A stretch of 64,000 bases of DNA from an uncultured Gammaproteobacteria bacterium (GTDB lineage Bacteria; Patescibacteriota; Microgenomatia; UBA8517), in assembly GCA_964458085.1 (NCBI GenBank), contig CAYWFF010000001.1:890-64889 (forward strand), given 5' to 3'. The number at the start of each line of letters is the position of its first letter. The stretch's first letter is position 1. This document shows, one piece after another, positions 57,991-64,000 of this stretch. Under the pieces are notes generated by a model. It was given only the letters and a program-made list of their open reading frames with translations. It was not told the DNA's origin and did no database searches. A program made the translations under genes and the position numbers.

Positions 57991-59679
57991 ATGGATATCT
58001 TTACAGAAATCAGTTTAATAATACTTTTAGTGACAGTTGTTTCTTTCATAATGAAGTTATTAAAGCAGCCTTTTATTGTTGGATATATTTTGTCTGGAAT
58101 AATAGCTGGTCCATATTTTCTTAATCTACTTCATTCAGAAGAAAATATTGAGTTTTTCTCAAAAATAGGAATAACTATATTGCTTTTTATTGTGGGTATT
58201 CACCTTAGTCCCAAAGTGATAAAAGAAACAGGTAAAGCCTCACTTGTAACAGGATTAGGGCAGGTTCTTTTTACTTCAGTAGTTGGTTATGGGATCTGTA
58301 GGCTTCTTGGTTTTGACAACACAACTTCTATTTATATAGCTACTGCCTTAACTTTCAGTAGCACAATTATAATTCTAAAACTTTTAACCGACAAAGGAGA
58401 TATGGATAAGTTGTATGGAAAGATTTCAGTCGGATTTTTACTTGTCCAGGATTTGGTTGCAACCTTTGCTTTAATAATCGTATCCACACTGGCAAGAACC
58501 AATGGAGGAAGCCTGTTTTCGGTATTAGGATTTCTTACACTGAAAGGAATCTTATTAGGAGTTTTGATTGCAATAGTAAGTATTAAAATTTTGCCAAGAC
58601 TATCAAAAAGCATTGCCTCAGCGCAGGAGCTATTGTTCATATTTTCTATTGCTTGGGGTATGATTCTGGCCTCAATCTTCTATAAGCTTGGTTTTTCCAT
58701 TGAAATTGGAGCATTGGTTGCAGGAGTTGCTCTTTCCACAACACCTTTCGCTTACGAAATAGCCTCAAGACTTAAACCTCTAAGAGACTTTTTTATTCTT
58801 TTGTTTTTTATTCTGTTGGGATCTCAGATGGTACTTGATACCATCCCACAAATACTTGTTCCTTCGATAATAATGTTTTTGTTAGTTTTTGTTGGAAATC
58901 CTGCCATAGTAATACTCTTGATGAACCTTCTTGGATACAAAAGAAAAACAGGTTTTATGGCAGGCCTTACCGTTGCCCAAATTGGTGAGTTTTCTTTGAT
59001 TTTTGCGAGTATGGGGGTCGCTGTCGGACATGTATCAGAAGAAATACTTTCTCTTGTCACCTTAGTCGCACTTTTGACAATTGCCTCCTCAACTTACCTT
59101 ATTTTATATTCAGAAAAGATTTACGCATGGACTGAAAGAGCAATTAAGCTTCTTGAAGTAAGAAAAGTACAGTTTGAGAAGCAAGTTTCCTCACAAGAAA
59201 ACCACGAAGTAATTCTTTTTGGCTACGACAGAGTGGGGAGCGACTTTGTAAAAGCAATCCAAAAACTTGGGAAAAGTTTTGTGGTAGTTGACTATAACCC
59301 TGAAGCAATAGAACGACTTAAAAAAGAAGACTTGCCTTTCGCATATGGAGACGCTGATGATGTAGAGTTCTTAGAGGACTTAAACATATCGCAGGCAAGG
59401 CTTATAATATCAACAATACCAGATGTGGATACGAATAAACTGTTGGTAGAGAAATTACACCATGCCAATCCAAAAGCAGTGAGCATTGTTCTTTCTCATA
59501 ACGCTAAAGAGACATTGGAGCTTTATGACAAAGGAGCAAGTTATGTGATTACGCCAATATATTTAGGAGCTCAATATGCCTCACATATGATTACTAAACA
59601 CGGTCTTGATGCAAAAAGCTTTGAAGAAGAAAAGCAACGTCATTTGCAGCATCTGTCAAAAAGAGTCGATATACTCTGA
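57991..59679 (+). CDS. CPA2 (Kef-type) cation:proton antiporter with C-terminal RCK/TrkA-N domain
   Basis: 12-TM Na+/H+ exchanger region followed by Rossmann VILFGYDRVG. Confidence 0.75.
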   Translation: MDIFTEISLIILLVTVVSFIMKLLKQPFIVGYILSGIIAGPYFLNLLHSEENIEFFSKIGITILLFIVGIHLSPKVIKETGKASLVTGLGQVLFTSVVGYGICRLLGFDNTTSIYIATALTFSSTIIILKLLTDKGDMDKLYGKISVGFLLVQDLVATFALIIVSTLARTNGGSLFSVLGFLTLKGILLGVLIAIVSIKILPRLSKSIASAQELLFIFSIAWGMILASIFYKLGFSIEIGALVAGVALSTTPFAYEIASRLKPLRDFFILLFFILLGSQMVLDTIPQILVPSIIMFLLVFVGNPAIVILLMNLLGYKRKTGFMAGLTVAQIGEFSLIFASMGVAVGHVSEEILSLVTLVALLTIASSTYLILYSEKIYAWTERAIKLLEVRKVQFEKQVSSQENHEVILFGYDRVGSDFVKAIQKLGKSFVVVDYNPEAIERLKKEDLPFAYGDADDVEFLEDLNISQARLIISTIPDVDTNKLLVEKLHHANPKAVSIVLSHNAKETLELYDKGASYVITPIYLGAQYASHMITKHGLDAKSFEEEKQRHLQHLSKRVDIL

Positions 59680-60048
59680 AACTTTTCTTTTCAGTTCTTT
59701 ATTTAGTGATTTTCTAACTGAGTCTTCATCAATATTAGATTTGCCGATCATAAAGTGGTCATATATCGGTTTAAGATGCTGAGGTATATAGTTTCTCAAA
59801 TATGGATGCAGAAGCCTTTGTTTGAACAAGACGGTTATTGCATTATAGAAAAGCAATAGAAAAACAGAGAAAAGACCCCAATTTATATACGCTAACAATA
59901 CTGTAGAAACAAAGAAGATTATTCCTATACTGCCTGCAACTCTCAATGTCTTAAAACTTTTATGAACAGACCGGAAGTTGGCAAACGATAAACTAATTAT
60001 GGACAAGAAATAAAGACACCACCAATATAAGGAAAATAAACTTTCCAT
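59656..60048 (-). CDS. hypothetical membrane protein
   Basis: 130 aa, 3 hydrophobic helices. Confidence 0.35.
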   Translation of the reverse strand: MESLFSLYWWCLYFLSIISLSFANFRSVHKSFKTLRVAGSIGIIFFVSTVLLAYINWGLFSVFLLLFYNAITVLFKQRLLHPYLRNYIPQHLKPIYDHFMIGKSNIDEDSVRKSLNKELKRKVSEYIDSF

Positions 60049-60330
60049 TTTCTTAATATTAGTATAACATTTTCTATCTTTTATTAGAAAAAACGAGCTG
60101 TCTGTAGTCAGTCAAAATATTTTATTTTAGTCTAATATGGTGCAAGATGGTATAATATTTGCAAACTAGCGTGAAGAGTGCGGACTTTTAAGCTCACTAA
60201 CTGTTCGGATAATATCCCATAGACGGAGCAAAGGAACTCTAGCAATAAATTAAAACATGGCAATTAGTGTTTAATATAACCACTTTATAATTCTTACATA
60301 CTCCAATAGAATGTCTGTTAATATATCAAT

Positions 60331-60942
60331 ATGAGCAAACCAAAAGTTACAAGCGGACTAACAATATCTTTGGATGGTTATGGTGCAGGGTTAAACCAAA
60401 CTTTTGAAAATCCCTTTGGTGACAACTTTAGTTCAAACCTACTAGATCGGTGGATGTTTGAAGAGCCTGAAAAGCAAAAACACACAAAAGAGATAGACGC
60501 TATCCTCGATGCTAGCGCCTTCATTATGGGTAGTAATATGTTTGGCCCTAAAGACAGGAGAGATAAGACAAAGTGGAAAGGGTGGTGGGGAGACAATCCA
60601 CCCTATCATGCACCTGTATTTGTTCTTTCCCATAAGGAACTAGAACCGATAAAAATGGAGGGTGGTACAACTTTTTACTTTGTAACTGACGGTGTTGAGT
60701 CAGCACTTTCAAAAGCAAAAGAGGCTGCTGGAAATCGAAATGTAAAGATCATGGGGGGAGCTAATACAATCAACCAATATTTGGCAGCGGGGTTGATTGA
60801 TGAACTTTGGCTACATATTGCTCCAGTAACTGTTGGCAAAGGGACACGATTGTTTGAAAATGTACCCAACCTCAAGCTTGAACCGATTGAGGTTAGCGGA
60901 ACCAATGTAGTGACACACATCAAATACAGGGTTTTGAAGTAG
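60331..60942 (+). CDS. dihydrofolate-reductase-family reductase (RibD C-terminal domain type)
   Basis: TISLDGYGAG start and NADPH-binding GGANT.. layout. Confidence 0.65.
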   Translation: MSKPKVTSGLTISLDGYGAGLNQTFENPFGDNFSSNLLDRWMFEEPEKQKHTKEIDAILDASAFIMGSNMFGPKDRRDKTKWKGWWGDNPPYHAPVFVLSHKELEPIKMEGGTTFYFVTDGVESALSKAKEAAGNRNVKIMGGANTINQYLAAGLIDELWLHIAPVTVGKGTRLFENVPNLKLEPIEVSGTNVVTHIKYRVLK

Positions 60943-60960
60943 GATCTTCTGTCAATTAAA

Positions 60961-61076
60961 CTGCTGGCCCCTACTTCTCCATTTCTTCCTTTAACCGATT
61001 AATGAACCTGATATCCTCAAAAGCCTTAAATATACGCACGAATTGACTGGTTATATTAACGTTACGATCCTCGAGT
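60961..61076. repeat. diverged about 110-bp repeat, copy A (second copy 62262-62395)
   Basis: shared blocks TTAAT-AACCTGA-TCCTCA, GAATTGAC-GG, ATATTAA--T--CGATCCT; minus-strand reading of copy A gives a 34-codon open frame (LEDRNVNITSQFVRIFKAFEDIRFINRLKEEMEK*) without a start. Confidence 0.45.
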
Positions 61077-61125
61077 ACTTAAACAAGCTCAGCAGTTACG
61101 CTAAAAATTTGTTAAAGTAACTATT

Positions 61126-61581
61126 GTGAAATCAAAAACACATAACCTAAAGAGGATGGATAATGTTGGTATCGTCGTAGATTCCCTTGATAAAGCCATC
61201 GCTTTTTTCACCGAACTTGGCATGAGCCTTGAAGGAAGAACCATGGTTGAAGGAGAATGGGCAGGACGCGTTACCGGACTTGGCAACCAGCTTGTTGAAA
61301 TTGCCATGATGGTTACTCCCGACGGCCACAGCCGAATTGAGCTTTCTCGATTCATCGTCCCTCCTACAGTTGCTGATAATCGTTATTCTCCCGTAAACTC
61401 TCTCGGCTACCTCCGAGTAATGTTCACGGTAGGCAACATCAACGACACTCTCGCCCGACTCCTAAAGCGTGGAGCTCAACTCGCAGGTGAAGTAGTTACA
61501 TACAAGGACTCATATAGATTGTGCTACATACGTGGTCCCGGAGGACTCCTTATAGGGCTAGCACAACAACTCGAAAATTAA
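61126..61581 (+). CDS. VOC-family (glyoxalase/bleomycin-resistance fold) protein
   Basis: 151 aa, paired beta-alpha-beta-beta-beta layout. Confidence 0.55.
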   Translation: MKSKTHNLKRMDNVGIVVDSLDKAIAFFTELGMSLEGRTMVEGEWAGRVTGLGNQLVEIAMMVTPDGHSRIELSRFIVPPTVADNRYSPVNSLGYLRVMFTVGNINDTLARLLKRGAQLAGEVVTYKDSYRLCYIRGPGGLLIGLAQQLEN

Positions 61582-61609
61582 CCTTCATCGGAAAATGATT
61601 TAAAATATT

Positions 61610-61834
61610 TTATTTCTTTAATTCCCCCGGTTCACGATGCTCAACTTTTAGAATTAAATTTGATTTAATACCCGCAACTGCCGGTAACAAATGATTGAGT
61701 ACTTGTTCCGCTGTCATTCGCAACTTCTTGCCGCGTGCCGAAATTTTCAGCCATCCCTTTTTATCTTTGTAGTACTTTTCGGTGAAATTCTTCGTCCCCA
61801 TGTAAATTATGTAACTGTCGTTTTTCAGATTCAT
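61610..61834 (-). CDS. hypothetical small protein
   Basis: 74-aa ORF. Confidence 0.3.
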   Translation of the reverse strand: MNLKNDSYIIYMGTKNFTEKYYKDKKGWLKISARGKKLRMTAEQVLNHLLPAVAGIKSNLILKVEHREPGELKK

Positions 61835-61882
61835 TATTCTTATTTTAGCATTTCTTAGAGCTGGTTTTGATATACTTTAATA

Positions 61883-62245
61883 ATGAAATCTTACAAGAAT
61901 GTAGATGATTATATTGGCATTTTTCCTAAAGATGTTCAGAATAAACTGAAAGAAATTAGACAAGCCATTAAAGATGAGGCGCCCGAGGCGAGAGAGAAAA
62001 TCAGTTATGGAATTCCTACAGCCACATTAAATGGAAAATATTTCATTTACTTTGCAGGCTTCAAGAATCATGTAAGCGTATATCCAGTTACCCCTGCAAT
62101 CGAAAAATTTGTTAAAGAAATTGACAAATATAGAGCCGGAAAAGGAACTCTCCGGTTCCATCTCGACAAACCTTTACCGATGGTAATAATTCGTAAAGTA
62201 ATCAAAGCTAGGGTTAACGAACATTTAGAATCGGCAATCTCATGA
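61883..62245 (+). CDS. DUF1801 (YdhG-like) domain protein
   Basis: KNVDDYIG...YGIPT...HVSVYP pattern. Confidence 0.5.
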   Translation: MKSYKNVDDYIGIFPKDVQNKLKEIRQAIKDEAPEAREKISYGIPTATLNGKYFIYFAGFKNHVSVYPVTPAIEKFVKEIDKYRAGKGTLRFHLDKPLPMVIIRKVIKARVNEHLESAIS

Positions 62246-62261
62246 CATTATCACCGCTACT

Positions 62262-62395
62262 AGTTCTTTATCCACCTCTTCCCATAATTGGTTAATAAAC
62301 CTGAATTCCTCAGATATTCTGATATATTCGCATGAATTGACCGGCTAAAGCGCACCGCAGTGCAGACTTTCACAATATTAATTTCACGATCCTTT
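62262..62395. repeat. diverged about 110-bp repeat, copy B (with about 27-bp insertion containing GCACcgcaGTGC mini-hairpin)
   Basis: aligns with 60961-61076; copy B reading frame is broken by stops. Confidence 0.45.
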
Positions 62396-62458
62396 TAAAA
62401 AAGGATTAATGGGTCCCAAAATTGCTTTATTTTAGTTAGGGATTATAATTAAATCGAT

Positions 62459-62863
62459 ATGTTACAAGGTTTTAAACAGTTTATACTCAAAGGTAACGTT
62501 GTAGATTTGGCAGTAGGTGTAGTTGTCGGCGTTGCATTCGGTTCAGTAGTGACTGCTCTTGTAGAAGACATTATTACCCCAATAATTGGAGTGTTTGGCG
62601 GTACACCTGATTTTTCATCATTAAGTTTTACTATAAACAACAGCGAATTTTTTATCGGTCATTTTATTAATGCACTTCTTTCATTTGTCATTATTTCAGC
62701 TGTTATTTACTTTTTTGTGGTGATACCGATGAATAAACTGACGGCAGTTGCAAGAAAAGAGAAACCCGTAGACCCTACTACCAAAAAATGCCCGGAGTGC
62801 TTAAGCATAATTCCGCTTGAAGCGAAACGATGTGCATATTGCACTTCGGCTCAGAAAAAATAA
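62459..62863 (+). CDS. mscL: large-conductance mechanosensitive channel MscL with C-terminal Cys4 zinc ribbon
   Basis: KGNVVDLAVGVVVGVAFG pore-helix signature; C-terminus CPECLSIIPLEAKRCAYC replaces usual helical bundle. Confidence 0.8.
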   Translation: MLQGFKQFILKGNVVDLAVGVVVGVAFGSVVTALVEDIITPIIGVFGGTPDFSSLSFTINNSEFFIGHFINALLSFVIISAVIYFFVVIPMNKLTAVARKEKPVDPTTKKCPECLSIIPLEAKRCAYCTSAQKK

Positions 62864-62979
62864 GGATGTCTGTAAATTAAAATCAGTAATTTTAAAGAAA
62901 TTTAGTTTTTACATTTAAACATTTCAAGAATAATTTAAAATAAGTCTAATTTAGATACCCTTTTTGTTATACTTCTCTC

Positions 62980-63402
62980 ATGAATATGTTTAAGCCTACC
63001 ACCTCAACATCTATCAAAGATTATTTTGACCGGCTTCCGGAAGAGAGAAAGGCAACGCTACTCTACTTACACAACTTTATACAAAAAACAGCACCAGCGC
63101 TTAAACCTATTTTTGCTTACAACATGCCGGGGTATGGCACATTTAATAAATACAAAAATTACAAAAAGGAAGTTGTTGATTGGCCGATCGTTGCGTTGGC
63201 GAGCCAAAAATATTATATGAGTATATATATTTGTGCACTTGAGAATGGCCATTATTTAGCCGAAAAACATAAAGGTGATTTGGGGAAAGTAAGTGTCGGC
63301 AAAAGCTGCATCCGCTTCAAAAAGCTGGCTGATTTAAATTTAGACATGCTGGAAAAAATTATTAAACAGGCGGCCAAATCCCCTGGTTTTGGGGGGAATT
63401 AA
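62980..63402 (+). CDS. DUF1801 (YdhG-like) domain protein, second copy
   Basis: IKDYFDRLPEERKATLLYLHNFI...MPGYG pattern. Confidence 0.5.
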   Translation: MNMFKPTTSTSIKDYFDRLPEERKATLLYLHNFIQKTAPALKPIFAYNMPGYGTFNKYKNYKKEVVDWPIVALASQKYYMSIYICALENGHYLAEKHKGDLGKVSVGKSCIRFKKLADLNLDMLEKIIKQAAKSPGFGGN

Positions 63403-63571
63403 CTAAAAAGCGTGTGAACATAAACCGAAATTGAATTTTCTTTAAACACCATAAATTTACACTGGCATATACCTGAATTTTATGAGAACTTTGAATATAC
63501 TCCTAGCTAAAGGAGTGAAGGTTTTCTTAACTGATTATACTTAAGTTATTCTTAAAAAGGATTTTTAACAC

Positions 63572-64000
63572 TATGAAAATTTTAATTATTTACGACTCGA
63601 TGTTCGGCAATACTGAAAAAGTTGCCAATAAAATTGTCCAGAGCTTTCCGGAAAAGGATATAAAGCTAGTACATATTGCAAAGGCAGAACTGAAAGATAT
63701 CGAAAGTTGCGACCTTGCTATCTTTGGCTCCCCCACACACGGAGGTCAGCCGTCGGCTCCTATTTCGGAATTTTTAAAAAAATTGCCGAAAGACGCTCTC
63801 AAAGGTAAATTGGTAGCCGCTTTTGATACTCGCTTTTCCAAAACCGAGCATGGTTTGGGGCTAAAAATGCTTATGAATATGATAGGTTTTGCTGCCGAAA
63901 AAATGCTGACTAATTTAAAAACTAAAGGAGGAAAACCTGTTTTGCCCGGAAAAGGATTTATAGTCAACGACAAAGAAGGCCCGCTATCAAAAGGAGAACT
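63572..64000 (+). CDS. flavodoxin (3'-partial, runs off window)
   Basis: MKILIIYDSMFGNTEKVA (FMN phosphate-binding loop), GSPTHGG; ORF open to window end. Confidence 0.65.

Noticed and set aside
60100-60330. Riboswitch (FMN, THF or ZTP) upstream of the RibD-C/DHFR-family gene
   Set aside because: An extended -10 (TGGTATAAT around 60147) and a long leader are present. None of the conserved cores of FMN, THF or ZTP elements could be recognised by eye.

Overview
Low-GC bacterial chromosomal window. The gene content suggests a streamlined, possibly CPR/Patescibacteria-like organism, but that is inference only.

Left third (0.1-21 kb): nrdR followed by three tandem, mutually divergent class II (adenosylcobalamin-dependent) ribonucleotide reductase paralogs; a CPBP-protease locus; two tandem class A penicillin-binding proteins plus a class-A beta-lactamase-family hydrolase; and an acidic three-gene operon whose last gene carries an atypical kinase-like motif.

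Middle (21-41 kb): a compact glycolysis/pentose-phosphate cluster (class I FBA, PfkB kinase, split transketolase, Rpe, GAPDH, PGK, RpiB, archaeal-type TIM) interleaved with LOG-family, dual-specificity phosphatase, NrdH-like glutaredoxin, CcdA and a split VIT1/ferritin-like iron module. This is followed by two tandem copies of a cobalamin riboswitch on the + strand. The first precedes a secreted small protein plus a membrane protein (putative B12 uptake). The second precedes an uncharacterised Cys4-ribbon protein, which is the best candidate for a new B12-related function.

At 41.07-41.39 kb there is a tRNA-Asn(GUU) interrupted by a 241-nt group I intron (P/Q/R/S core elements readable). Its 3' end overlaps the stop codon of a large serine recombinase. 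From there to about 56.9 kb lies an apparently AT-richer integrated element with two large serine recombinases, a four-gene cargo block of unknown function, a primase gene frameshifted in an A7 tract, a SpoVG homolog and three distinct repeat arrays.

Right end (57-64 kb): CaCA and Kef-type antiporters, a DHFR-family reductase, a VOC protein, two DUF1801 proteins, an MscL with a C-terminal zinc ribbon, a diverged ~110-bp repeat pair, and a 5'-partial flavodoxin gene running off the window.

No CRISPR array and no rRNA were seen. All family assignments rest on motif recognition by eye; no searches were run.
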